A program made the translations under genes and the position numbers. Below the pieces are notes generated by a model that searched no databases, had not been told where the DNA came from, and was given only the letters and a program-made list of their open reading frames with translations. This document shows, in pieces, positions 12,499-24,534 of a stretch of DNA of 64,000 nt. This stretch comes from Epithemia pelagica (lineage: Eukaryota; Protista; Bacillariophyta): NCBI GenBank assembly GCA_946965045.2, contig OX337228.1:3348001-3412000 (forward strand), written 5' to 3'. Numbering within the stretch: the first letter of the stretch is position 1; every line of letters starts with the position of its first letter.

Positions 12499-13170
12499 GA
12501 ACACAACAGAGATTGTTTAATTTTCAACTCGAGTTGAGATCGCAGCAACTGCCAATATCCCAAGTCCCAAGCTCGTCCCACAACAGCTTCCGCTGCTGCA
12601 CCTCGACCCTCGACCTGTCGCCGCTCTGTCTCTCAGTCGCCAAAGAGTCACGATTGCTCAAATCCCGAAGAACGCGAGCCATGCCAGCGCGATGTAGAGG
12701 ACCGTCCGTACTTCATCTCTCCCTAGCGCTCCAAATTCGTGAATGAGAGCAGATTTACATTCCTATTACCATAGAATAAAGAAAAAGAGGCGAGTCACGA
12801 AAGATCATGACTCACTGTCCGCCTGGGATTTCAAGCTAGCTAGCTTGCTAGAGGGAGAGAAGCTACCGTAGTAGCTCAGTCCGTTGGAAGTCCGAACCCA
12901 AGCGAGATCTACTCCGTAAAATCAACCTTTTCCTATCTCAAATCCAACTCACAATAGATCGAGTTTGTGACCGAGCAATTGTGGGGGAATGACCGTAGCC
13001 GCAGCACCCATTGGCCAACCCGAAACCCGACACATAACAACTTTGGACCGCAATCATTATAAGATTGGCACTGAGAAGGAGATTGGTGAATTCGAGTTCC
13101 CGTTGCATTCTGCAGGACAATTTATCTCACGTGTTCACCATCGAAGTGTCTTTAAGCGCACCAAACAATC

Positions 13171-14714
13171 ATGAGTGGGTTCAAGATCCGCACATCGAAG
13201 TACCGTCACGTTTTCTGTGATCAACCGAAGCCCGAGGTGAGATGTATTCTTGTATCCCGTCTGATGCGCTTGGGGAAGGACCCAGTGTGTTGCATTCGAA
13301 TCTAGATGTTGTGAAAGGTCGAATCATAGAGAAACAACTAGACTCTACCACCTTTTGCTATCCTCAGTTTTCATAAAACGTTCTCAGCCTCACGTTTTCT
13401 CACTTGCTGTCTCGATAGGAAACATGGACCGAATTCCGACTTTCGACTGTAACAGGTGACCAACAATACATCAAGGCATCGGCCAAGTATTTCACAATCG
13501 GTCTCCAGGGTGGAGGTGGTCCAATAATGGTTGGTCGTTTGGATCGTCCTGGTCGATTTGAAGCGGGTAACTCTCCCTTTGTTTCCGGTCACGCTGGAGT
13601 TATTATCGATGTCGATTGGAATCCTTTCAATGACAGCATGTTTGCGAGTGCATCGGAAGACACAAGAATTAAAATCTGGCAAGTTCCCGATGACTGGGAG
13701 CCCACTGATGAAAAGGGTAATGCGAAGAAGGGAGAAGAACTCAAGGAATCTCTTGCCGACCTGGAGGGTCACCGGAAGAAGGTCACGCTCCTGCGTTACA
13801 ACCCCACGGCTGCCAATACACTGATGAGTACTTCGGGTGACTACACAGTTAAGATTTGGGATGTTGAGAGTACTACCCCAGTGGTATCTTATGGTGATAT
13901 TCCAAATCTTGTTCATGACATTGTGTGGGATTTCAAAGGTGACCAATGTGCTTTTAGTTGCAAGGATAAAAAGCTTCGTTTGGTGGATCCTAGAACAGGC
14001 GGACTTACGTCCTCCATCGATTCTGTACATGATGGCGCGAAATCTGTCAAGATGGTGTACATCACCGACACAAAAATGGTGACATTCGGTGCCTCGAAAC
14101 AGTCAAGCAGAGAACTTAAGGTTTGGGATTTGAAGAACACATCCAAGTCTCTTCACACGGAGACTATCGATACGGCTGCGGGAGCGTTGATTCCCCTGTA
14201 CGACTCAGATACATCCGTTCTTTACTTGTGTGGGAAGGGAGATGGAGTTGTACGACTCTATGAGTACGAAGACAAGTCTCCCTTTATCTTTAAGCTCAAT
14301 GACGGATTCCGTAGTAACATTCCCGGAAAAGGTTATTGCATGGTCCCCAAACGCGGCCTAAATATCATGCAACATGAAACCGCTCGGATTCTTAAGGTCA
14401 CAAATGGCCAGGGTATTCACCCTCTGACGTTCTCCGTTCCCCGAAAATCTGATGCATTCCAGGATGACATTTTCCCCGACACGGCTGCCCCCATCCCTGC
14501 TCACAGTCACTCAGAATGGATGGGTGGAAGCTCGAAGCCTCCTGTCACGATGTCGCTTGATCCCAAGAAGGGAGGTGCGGCGGCGGGTGCGTCGAAGGCA
14601 TCTTCCAAGACTTCGTTCAAGACGGTTGCTTCAGTCTCCAGAGAGCTTGAACAAGCCAAAGCTCGCATCAAAAAATTGGAAGGCTTGTTGAAATCCAACG
14701 GGATTGCGTATTAA
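13171..14714 (+). CDS. CORO: Coronin; exons 13171-13236 and 13419-14714
   Basis: MSGFKIRTSKYRHVF N-terminal signature, WD40 repeats (GHAGVIIDVDWNPF, GHRKKVTLLRYNP), VPRKSDAFQDDIFP and a C-terminal coiled coil. GTGAG...TAG intron at 13237-13418. Confidence 0.93.
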
Positions 14715-15522
14715 TCGAATGCAGAGGGATTTGTCGTGTCGGAATGCCGATTGTATCTGTGCCTCTCAATCGGCAGAAATAAAAAAGTTGAAAGAATTAC
14801 CGTAAAACAAAGATATAGCTTGATTGCTTCGTATTCAACCAATGTCGAAAAGGGAGAAAGAAGACATTTGTACGGACTTACTCCTAGGAGTAGTTTCATT
14901 TGTTAAATTGAACTATAGACTCCCTTAACTAACTGGCCAAAAAAGTCGGTTTGTTAATAGCGCAGCTCACGAAATAACCTGTTCAACGAAGCCCGAGAGC
15001 AAGAGGTGAATGAATAGGCAAGCAAGAGGTGAAAGAGCCTCATTCTTCGATGTGGTCCGTCGGCCTAATCAACATCTCTGGATTCGACGACTTGTCAAGT
15101 TCGTGACGTGAGATGGCTAGCTAGCCACCTCTGTTGCGTCCGTCCTTAGCTTGTCTGATAGAATTTGCTCGAGACTCAAGGACTCGGAAAGATCAGGCCG
15201 ACGTCGCAAGGAACCGCCTAACGTGTAGATACAACAAAAGCTGTAAAGGATATGCTTAAAATGACACTCACCGGGATGGGTACGACAAGAGGTCTCAGTA
15301 CTCAACGTCTAAGATGACGATCTACCACCTCGACTACTACTCCTACAATTGGTAGCATCCCCACTATTGTACAACGAGCCAAGTCAACAGCTGCAGCACG
15401 CACGACGTACCAACCACCAACCTTTTTCGGTCGCTGGAAACACGTCCTTCATTTTTTTTCTCACACTTTTCTCTATCTGCCCTATGAAACAACTGCAAAA
15501 AGCTCAAAGTTAATCCACCGTC

Positions 15523-16620
15523 ATGTCGATTCTGTTTCTCTTGTCATTGCTAATCTTCAGAGCGACAGCATTACTCCAATCGAGACCGAGTGGTCGATCA
15601 AGGTTTATAGCCGCAGTATCACGGTTGCGTCGCTTCTCTCAATCCACTTCCTCCGTTCCTGTCGCCGATTTCACTCCAACCACCGCTTCGAAGCCTGCAA
15701 CGAAGCAGCGTGTTGTGTTGTTGGTATGCCCTGCACAATTCTGCGTCCCCAACGATTACAATGTTCTCTTCGAGAACCTTCAAGAGATAAGCGATTCTTT
15801 ATCAGTTCAAGTGCAAGGGAGTTCTAGAACTGTACCGCTCAGTCGGACTGATTGGATAAAGGTCGCCCGACAGCTTCCAACACAAGCCTTCTTGGAAGCG
15901 CGGTTGGACGTCAAAGAAACTTTGGATTGGTATTTCGAGGCAATCGAAGAAGGTTTGTCACAGATATTTGCGGAGGAAGGAGAGGATGTGAACGTGTGTT
16001 TTGTTGGTCATTCCATTGGCGGATGGGTCGCAAGGGCCTACTTGGGTGGGCTGAGTCAGTCATCCTCTGCAGTTCACCAATTGGCGCTGGAAAGATGCTC
16101 TTCACTGATCACTTTGGGCACGCCTCACTTGTCTCCGGAAACTGCCTTGGTCGACCAAACACGAGGTCTTCTTCGTGCCGTTGGTGAAGCGCCCTCTTGT
16201 AGTCCTCAAGCTTTGAAGGACGACTTCGGAATTTTAACAACCTGTGTATGCAGCAATGGAATTCGAGGTGTTTTGTCCTCCGACAGGAATGCTGGTCGAT
16301 TTAATGTTCTGGAGCCTCTTATTGCTACTAGTTCTTATTTGCCCCTCACTGGGAAATGGGGTCTATCCGGAAAAGAGGAAGAGTCCGTTTCGGGGGATGG
16401 AATTGTTCCATCTTCGTTGTCTTTCTTGGAGTTCCCAGCCCATCGAGTTCTTTTAGAAAAATGTCTCAAAACAGGAGAAGCGATTCGTCATTCTCATGTG
16501 GTTCCAACGCCATGGAATCTTTTGGACGGGACATCACCATCGATTAAACTGCCGGAAGACGAGTTCCCGTCGTATGTTTCATCCGGTGTTGTTGAGCAGT
16601 GGGCAACCAGCATTCGATGA
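15523..16620 (+). CDS. Alpha/beta hydrolase (PGAP1/lipase-like) with an N-terminal targeting-like peptide
   Basis: Nucleophile elbow FVGHSIGG, LITLGTPH and GDGIVP. Confidence 0.8.
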   Translation: MSILFLLSLLIFRATALLQSRPSGRSRFIAAVSRLRRFSQSTSSVPVADFTPTTASKPATKQRVVLLVCPAQFCVPNDYNVLFENLQEISDSLSVQVQGSSRTVPLSRTDWIKVARQLPTQAFLEARLDVKETLDWYFEAIEEGLSQIFAEEGEDVNVCFVGHSIGGWVARAYLGGLSQSSSAVHQLALERCSSLITLGTPHLSPETALVDQTRGLLRAVGEAPSCSPQALKDDFGILTTCVCSNGIRGVLSSDRNAGRFNVLEPLIATSSYLPLTGKWGLSGKEEESVSGDGIVPSSLSFLEFPAHRVLLEKCLKTGEAIRHSHVVPTPWNLLDGTSPSIKLPEDEFPSYVSSGVVEQWATSIR

Positions 16621-16764
16621 TTCTGGTGCATGAAAACTAGAGATCTCACACCCCGAGTGATACGTGGACTCAAGGAAAGTCTAAGGTACGACTAAGCACT
16701 AGCAGATTTATTTTCATCAACACTTGAACGTTCACATCACAGCTGCGGGTTTACGAAAGTAAAC

Positions 16765-18156
16765 CTAGCCTTCAAATCGCAATAGTTCAACGTCCCGAGT
16801 TTGAAGGTTCAACAAAACCGCCTCGCCTGAATCGGAAAACATCGGCAAACAAACAAGCCTACAAAATTGATTAGAAGAACCAACCTGAACCTTTTGGGTC
16901 TCAAAGACGGAGCAGTTTCCTGCGACGAAAACATGAGGACACTTCATAAGGACCATCGGATCGGAGAGTGCGTGAGGAACAGTAGGCACAGAGGCTGGGC
17001 CAGTGGGACAGATATGTGCGAATTCAAGATGGCGTCGCAATAGTTCCAGTTCAGTCAACTGGGCATACCGTTCATCATTTTCATGGTCTTGGTGGCGCAT
17101 GAGAATGTGCTTTTGCATATCTCTTACATTCAGTCCATCGGTGGCGATGACTTGGCAGCTTTGGTGACTCGAGTCATACGGATTGGGTGATCTATTGACC
17201 ATACCAAAGTTGGTCGATTGTAGAATAAGACTTGAATGGATTGGTCGCTGAGGCCAGTTTGCCGTCGTCGGGTCATGATCTCCTGGCAGCATGTCAACTG
17301 CAACGCCGGCTCCAGCCGTGGCCTGGAAAAGAAATGCATCCAAGTCCAGCAGGGCATTCGTCTTGGACGAGGGATCGTTGTTCTCGTTCTGGGCAATCAA
17401 ACCACCACATATGACCATGCCAGAGACATGACGGGCGGCATGGTGCGACAAGCGTCCTTCAAGAAAATTGAGCAACATATCTCGCTTCAAATCGGGTTGG
17501 GATGAGGTCCCAAACTGGAGACCAGAAACAAGAAGAAGAAAAGAAGGCCTCTCGTCCTGATTGGTCTGGGGAGGCGATACTAGTAGATCAGGCGGACGAA
17601 GAGATGGAAGAATGACTCGTTCGACCAGTAACACACCACCCCTTGATACTTGTCCTAGTACTCCGACGACGACACCCGTACAGTAAGAATGAGTGTCTTC
17701 TTTCGATGATTTTGAAAACTGAAGCGCCACTCGGCCGCTCTCATCTTCGAGATACAACACATCAGAAGCTCGACATTCTGTTCCCTTAACAAGCGGCTCA
17801 CCAGGAGTTTTGCTGTTGGGAGAGGGCTCCTTTACAAGCGTTCCAACCACAAAGGATCTGACTTCATCGTTGAGTTCCAAAAGTCGTTCCACTTCCTTGA
17901 CTTCGCCCATATCCCCTTGTTTACAAACTTCTTTAAATGCATTTTGGCAGTGTGGGGCCAGTTGCACGAGACGTTGGTGATAAACATGAGAGTACTGGCG
18001 CTGGTACGGATGTACTTCTGTTTTTCGATCGGCCGATCCCGCTTGATTCGAGGGCGGTATCAAAGCTGTTTGAAACCTTTGCCACTGTGGGCTAGACGCT
18101 CTTGGAGGGCGTCGCCAGACAATGCTATCGGAGTATCTTGTAACAGAAACCGTCAT
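16765..18156 (-). CDS. POLD2: DNA polymerase delta small (B) subunit
   Basis: YQRQYSHVYHQRL, LYLEDESGRVAL, CTGVVVGVLG, MLPGDHDPTTANWPQRPIH, HICPTGP and PHVFVAGN. Likely start is the ATG at 18156 (MTVSVTR), not 18423. Confidence 0.9.
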   Translation of the reverse strand: MTVSVTRYSDSIVWRRPPRASSPQWQRFQTALIPPSNQAGSADRKTEVHPYQRQYSHVYHQRLVQLAPHCQNAFKEVCKQGDMGEVKEVERLLELNDEVRSFVVGTLVKEPSPNSKTPGEPLVKGTECRASDVLYLEDESGRVALQFSKSSKEDTHSYCTGVVVGVLGQVSRGGVLLVERVILPSLRPPDLLVSPPQTNQDERPSFLLLVSGLQFGTSSQPDLKRDMLLNFLEGRLSHHAARHVSGMVICGGLIAQNENNDPSSKTNALLDLDAFLFQATAGAGVAVDMLPGDHDPTTANWPQRPIHSSLILQSTNFGMVNRSPNPYDSSHQSCQVIATDGLNVRDMQKHILMRHQDHENDERYAQLTELELLRRHLEFAHICPTGPASVPTVPHALSDPMVLMKCPHVFVAGNCSVFETQKVQVGSSNQFCRLVCLPMFSDSGEAVLLNLQTRDVELLRFEG

Positions 18157-18578
18157 TTTCAATGCATCATTGATCTGCCGTCGCTCTTGGTGGACTTTGA
18201 CCTTGACTGATTGGAGAGAAAGGAAATACCAATTCCAACGAGCAATGAGATTGTTGTCGTAGACTTGCGACTTGCGCCACGCGCATGGCGGACAATCAAC
18301 ACGAGGCCTGCGCGTGGGGGAAATCTCCCGCCAAGAAGCTGATGCGCGCATTGTCGAATCCCGAATCCCCACATCGCTGACGACTGAAGACTGACTGTGA
18401 TGACTCACACAAGACGCACACAAAAATGAACAAGGCGTTCGCTACATCGAGATCAATCGCGAGTTGACTGACAAACAACAAAGGAAAACCAAACGACCTT
18501 ACCATCGCAAGTCCAAAGTCAAGAGGACGCATAACTTTACAGCAGCTACTCATCAAATCTCAATCGGACAACCTGGCC

Positions 18579-20330
18579 ATGGCAGAGACATCAAATAATG
18601 ACGATTTCACGGATGAACGCAAAACGACGGAGTCGGAGGGTACGGTGCGTCCATCTATTGCCGTGAAACTTATTCGACACGCCGAATCGGCAAACAATAC
18701 GTAAGTTCGTTCGATCAACAGGGAGTGTCTCCGTCAAGAGTTGTTACGTGTTACATTGGATCTTTACCAGAAACACTTACTTAAGCTCCAAGGTGTGTCG
18801 TGCGTGAACTGTTCTATCGCATCTTTTGCTGACTTTCTTGTTGACTTTGAATAATGATCTTCTTTCTGCTTTTCTCGTTTTCACCTGACCTGAAACAGAA
18901 TGTACAGGGACGCGAGGTATATATATAGAGGGGGAACACCTGAGTTTGATGAAGCTGGATGGAATGAATATGTGGACAAACACCGTTCTGCTGATCCTCA
19001 TATATCTGATGTTGGTAGGGAACAGGCGGAGAACTTGGCAAACCTGTTGGTGCCTCACCTTTCCAATCAAGCATCACAACCCGTGCGAGTGGTCGTTTCA
19101 CCCATGTGTCGCACACTTGAAACCATTCGACCGACATTGCATGGGTTGGCAAAAGCGGGTGCACCAGCGTCAGTCCTTGTCAATGCTTTTTACCACGAAT
19201 CAGAGGGTTGCCATACAAAGGACAAGTCTGAGGAAGGTATGAACCCAGCACGGATACGGACTGTTTTGGATAGTTCTTATCAGGATGGAGATTCGAAGAT
19301 TGGTTCCTCGAACCTGTCTTCCTCTGTTGACTTCGTCGGATTTCCAAGCGACGGTGACCGTGGATGGTATTATGGTTCTGAAGGGGCGGAAACGCGTGTA
19401 GCCTCGGAAGAGCGAGCGGCCAAGTTTTACCTGTGGCTTCTGGAATATCTGGATGAACAATTGCGATCTCGAGGAGATGATGTTCATCAAGACGTCTTTG
19501 ATGCTGGAGTTTCTGTTCCCGGTGAGGAGGATGAGGATGAACACGACAAATTAGCTCATCGAAAGCGGAAACGAAGAACATGTCTCCTCATAGGACACGG
19601 TGACTTCATGTCGCTGGTTCTGAAGAGGATCGTTTCAGGATTTGGTCACTTTGTCGAGCAAAAGGGGTACCCACATAGATCCGCTTTCGTTCACTTCAAC
19701 ACAGGTATAACCGAACTGGAATACTTTGGTGCTGGTCGATTTCTTCTCATGGGGCAAAATCTTACTCCTCATCTCAGAGAGTCTGATCACTCGTCGTTGC
19801 GTACAGGCGGGAGTCTGAAAGATGGCTGGTCGTACCTCATACCAACTGAACCCCTGAGCTCAGAAGTAAAGGTAGCGTTTGATGATGAGCTTGACGAACA
19901 CGTTCTCGAACAGACGCAAGCCTTGAAAGCCTTGTATCTAAGAAGCGAATCCTTCCCTCCAGGAACTGGTGATTTGTCATTAGAAGTTGAAGAACAGAAA
20001 TCAAAGAACGTTGACGCAACTTCCTCTGGTGGCGTGAAACACTTCATTGTTCACCGCGGCCTTCGCGTTGTTGGTTGTGCAACTTATGTTGAAGAATCAG
20101 GGCTTCTGACAGATGTAGCGATTCGACCTTCAGCTGGCCCCAATGTATTGGAGACTCTTCTTCAATCTGTTAAGGCCCATACACAGTCAACGGGCAGGTC
20201 CGGCAGTTTTCTGGTCGTTCCTCGACCAGGAGAGAGCAATAAGGTGCTTTTTGAACGATTGGGATTCAAAATGGTTGACGAGGACGGTGGGAAAGCAGAT
20301 ACTAGCCCTATGATGGAAATGAAGCACTAG
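18579..20330 (+). CDS. Histidine phosphatase (phosphoglycerate-mutase-like) with a C-terminal GNAT-like domain; exons 18579-18700 and 18899-20330
   Basis: Exon 1 supplies LIRHAESANN. SPMCRTLET and LIGHGDFM are the second Arg and His motifs. The GTAAG...CAG intron (18701-18898) is phase-compatible. The C-terminus LTDVAIRP...LFERLGF is GNAT-like. Confidence 0.82.
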
Positions 20331-20448
20331 AACCCATATTACAACAATTAGAGAATACATGTTTGATGGAAATGTTCACTACATCTGTCTTGATTTTTCG
20401 TATCATTCGACGATCAAGATCAGTGATTATTGGTTACCTGCAAATCAA

Positions 20449-23059
20449 TCACATCGTCTCGTGGCCCGGATCACGACCGGCCCACATTTCAGCTGCTGGA
20501 GGAGACGAAAGATCATCTTCATTCTGCACGGTGATAGTCCCGTCTTCGTCAGGACACGTGTGAGCTCGAATACATTTCAACCTGGGTAGGTCGCTTTGCA
20601 AATTCGAAAATCCACCAGGGCTATCCACACCATCACAGCCGTACAATCCCAAACTACGAAGATAGGGCAGTCCACCAAAAAAGCGAATCGCTGATGAGTT
20701 CACTCTTGTGTTGCTCAAATTCAGAATCTTGAGGTTGGTAAGCGCTGCTAGAGCAGCGGCTCCCCGATTGGATATTCTCTCGTTTTGGGACAAGTTTAAA
20801 GCTTTTAAGTTTTCAAGTGTTGCCAGCATTGTACATCCAAGGTCTCCGACACCTCCACCGCAGAGCTCCAATGATTCTAGCGAAGTGATCTTCGAAATGT
20901 GCCCGCAACCAGTATCTGTTATTCTCCCCGAGAAAATATCGAGCTCTTTTAAGTGTTTTGGAAGATGGCGGAGCCCCTCGTCAGAAATATCACGGCTATC
21001 AAGATTGAGGCTCCTGAGACAACTCAGAGCAGAAAGGTGCCTCAGTCCACTGTTAGTAATGTTGCAATAAAACAAAGACAAGTACTCAAGCTTCGCGAAT
21101 TTTGCAATATGAGACATCCCTATATCAGTCAAGTCAGTATCGGCCAGATCCAACAGCGTAAGATTGGGAACGGCGTTATTTTCCGCCAGGTGTCCAATTG
21201 CCAAATCTGACACCAGACAGGAGTCCAAGAAAAGCTCTTCCAGAGCTGGTAACTGGGTGAGCCGGAATATATGGGTGTCCCGGACACCAGAGAAGCTGAG
21301 TTCAAGTGAACGCAAACTATTGATTTTCCCTTGCCAGCTGCTACGTCTGGAACAGCCTCCGACATGTGAGATATTGAAGCCACTCTGTTGTGACGATAAT
21401 TTGAGCGAAAACTTACAGAATACCCGGACAGTACGACACATTCAACCTGGAGAGCTTATCTAATCGCTCAACAGCATTACCGAGCGTTGAACTTGAAATG
21501 CGAGAACATCCTGATATATCCAATTCCTGGAGTGCACCAAGGTGAGAGAGTTCTAATATACCTTCATCTGTGATGTTGCATCTCGCCAGTCGTAAAATCC
21601 GTAAGTTTGATGAACACTGAGCTTGCTTGGCGAGAGTTTTCAAAGCACGGTCTGACAACTGTCGACACCAACCTAGGCTAATCTCCTCGAGATCCTCCAG
21701 ACTTTCCAACATCTCGATACCTTCATCAGTTACTAGGTCGCACTGGCTGATGTCCAATATACAGAGGTTGTAAAGACAACTGAGCGCGGCCAAACCCTGA
21801 TCGGTCAGACACCGGCATCCATTTAGTGACAGGGCACTGATAGATATGAGATGTGAGATGTTGATCACTGCTTCATCGGTTAGCCGTCTACAATTCGACA
21901 AAGATAATGTATGCAGACGATGAGATGAGGCAAATGCCAACAGGCCACGGCCTTTGATAGAGTGACAATTGTCAAGCCTCGCAACTTCCAGGCTGTTTAA
22001 GTCGGTGAGATGCATCAAGCCATCATCAGTGAGTCTCAGCGAACCTCGCAAATCCAAGTGTGTCAAATTTGAAGTTGCTCTAGATGACAAAGAGTCCAAT
22101 GAGATGTTCGGACATGGTTTGACATTGTGCATCAACCCTCCAGCATTTCCGTCGATGAGGATACTTTTGCCAGGAAACCGATCAAACATTGAGTCATTTT
22201 CTCCGATCGACGTCTCTGGTCCACATGACTGTCCCATACAGACTGGGTTGCTCAATGACTCTGGAGCAAAAGACGACGCGACAAGTACTGACTTTTTATC
22301 ACACTGTTGTGATTGAAATGTCATGCCCTTCGGGCCATTGACGTGGTCAACAAATTCTCGGTGTTCATTTTCGAGCGACATCTCGGAGCAAACATGTCCT
22401 GCTGCATTCGCGAGTGGCGCTAGCCATGAGTCGCTAACACCACGGCTGTTTGCTAAAGAAAGCACTGAGAGCTCACAGTTACCCAGTGTACGAAGCGTCG
22501 CGGCACTGATTGCTGAGTGCTTCATCAAAGATCGTAGGATACAATCGACTACGTCTTGGGGCAATCGACGAGGGAGTTCACCATCCAGGAAAGGAAGGGA
22601 ACGGCATACCTCTTCAGTTGCTAGTTCAGCGAGGGTTTTAGGAGATCTTGTCGAATTTTCATTGAGTTCATAGTTGTCTTCTTTTGGATACAAGACGGCA
22701 ATTGACGTATCAGAGAACTGATGGGAACAAAAAAGATATAGAATGAGAGGATTCGTTTGTAACGACAATCACCAGCAACCATAGAGCGGGGATTACAAAA
22801 CTCACAGATGTAACTACAGAGTGGCGAAGAGAAGACTGAAGACCCCCTGACCCATCTGACGTCCAACTCTCGCATGAACCCTGGATTTGTAGGGGAAGGG
22901 GAAAAGGATGCAGAATTTAAGAATATCAAGAATTATAAAACTCCGTTGAGAAACCGAAATATGCGCTTTGACCCTTACACTGCTACCCTTTCTTTTGCGG
23001 GCTGTTGGTGAGCACCATTGTCTTTGATTCCGCTGATGAGATGAACAGGTTGTTCCCAT
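20449..23059 (-). CDS. Leucine-rich repeat protein (FBXL/AMN1-like), multi-exon
   Basis: Many LxxLxLxxC repeats in ORFs 22768-21413 and 21441-20449, joined by intron 21416-21347 (PGIL|RSSWQGK). The 5' exons are uncertain; a candidate start is MGTTCS at 23059 (myristoylation-like). Confidence 0.78.
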
Positions 23060-23127
23060 CGTCTTCATTTGAGCAGTGTGTCGATTTTGGATGTCAAGAA
23101 ACATGCGAAGACACCGAGACGCTGGAA

Positions 23128-23292
23128 GCCCTAGCGGGGGGAACGAGGGTATATCTTATTATGTGTAAGGACCGCCATCTCTCTCTGACAACTTCCCATG
23201 CTCTTGCAGCGCACAGGACACGCCCTAGCGGGGGTGTTTCTGAGGTTGTAACTTCTAGCCAACATAAACACTCTTAGCCACCCCCGCTAGGG
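23128..23292. promoter_or_regulatory. Three copies of CCCTAGCGGGGG upstream of the LRR gene; two form a 14-bp inverted repeat
   Basis: Direct copies at 23129-23140 and 23223-23234. CCCTAGCGGGGGTG (23223-23236) is the exact reverse complement of 23279-23292. Regulatory role is inferred only. Confidence 0.35.
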
Positions 23293-23551
23293 AGTGACCA
23301 TCTGACTCTATCAAGTTCATCAGAACCTTTTATTCCCCGTCTACAGTTGCGGCTGTGCCTCAATCTTAGTACCACGCTGGGGAAGAGCTACCTTGGATCA
23401 AACAAACAATTAACACCCTAGGTAGTCGAGGAAAATACTATCCGTACTAATGTCCTTGACAGGAGTAAGAGGGACATCCCAGATCCCAGATCAAACCTAG
23501 AGCCCGCCACATCGTTCTACTCCTACCTACTTCCAGATGAAGCAGAATGAC

Positions 23552-24264
23552 CTACCTTGCACCACCATAACGATCGCCGCTGCTGTAATGACTGGGTCCT
23601 CCACTTCCTGGATGGAATCCACTTCCTTCCCCTCGTCCAAATGCTCCTGCCCGTCCCGGAGGAGGGCCGCGTCCTCCACTTCCCATGGAACCCCGTCCAC
23701 CTGGCCCTCCATGGGAAGTACCTCGTCCACCGAAACCGCCTCGACGCTTCCGTTCTTCAGCCTTTCTGAGAATTGCAGCCGCCTGACCAACCGCTTGACC
23801 TACGCCTTCCGGTGGAGCCCCACCATGTTTTCTCCAGTGCTTAATACTGCATAGCGTCATAGAAATCCTGTTGGTGAGAACATATTCAGAGATTCTAGAA
23901 AGCATGTGACAGCACTCACCTGAAGAAGAAGGATCTCATTCCACACAAGATTTACGGCTACCATTACGTCGCGGTGGGATAATAAAACTTACCGTTTGAA
24001 CATGGGAGCACGTTGCAACATTTCAGGTAGAACAATAAATACAATTTCACATCCACGTACATATACCTGGCTGGATTTTCTTTTCACACCATTGCCATCC
24101 ACAATGACAGCATTTTTTATGTACAAATTCATCATGTCCTCCGCCTCAAAAAGAATACCTCGTATTAATTCGCCCTTTCTCGTTTCCACCTCAATAACAG
24201 CTCCTTCCGCATCATGCAATACTACGATCGGTATACCAACGCGATTATTCCCAACGACGGACAT
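23552..24264 (-). CDS. SNRPD3: Small nuclear ribonucleoprotein Sm D3; exons 24264-23993 and 23846-23552
   Basis: GIPIVVLHDAEG...VETRKGELIRG...EAEDMMN...VYVRG...FIVLPEMLQRAPMFKR, an in-frame intron at 23992-23847, and a G/R-rich tail. Confidence 0.9.
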
Positions 24265-24534
24265 AATTTCAAAAAGCTCCAAGGAAAGAGAGAAGATAGC
24301 GACGTCTTCGATGCAACGGTGAAGAATGTTTTTTCTGTGTAACCTGCGACCTCCGACCCTACCTGAAGCGCTAGAATCTACCCTTCGTCGATCTTAGCTA
24401 CCCCTACTCGGTAGGGAGAGGGCAGAAGAGGGCATACCTTGGAAATAGGCAAGAGGGGAGTGATCATATCCATCTCTTTTTACTACCTAGGAGTACTAAA
24501 CAAGTGAAGAAAGTAACTTTTCACTATGAGATAT

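Noticed and set aside
12989-14030. Antisense and overlapping ORFs such as 13371-14030, 20708-21070, 42394-43095 and 51853-52635
   Set aside because: Shadow frames of well-supported genes on the other strand or frame.
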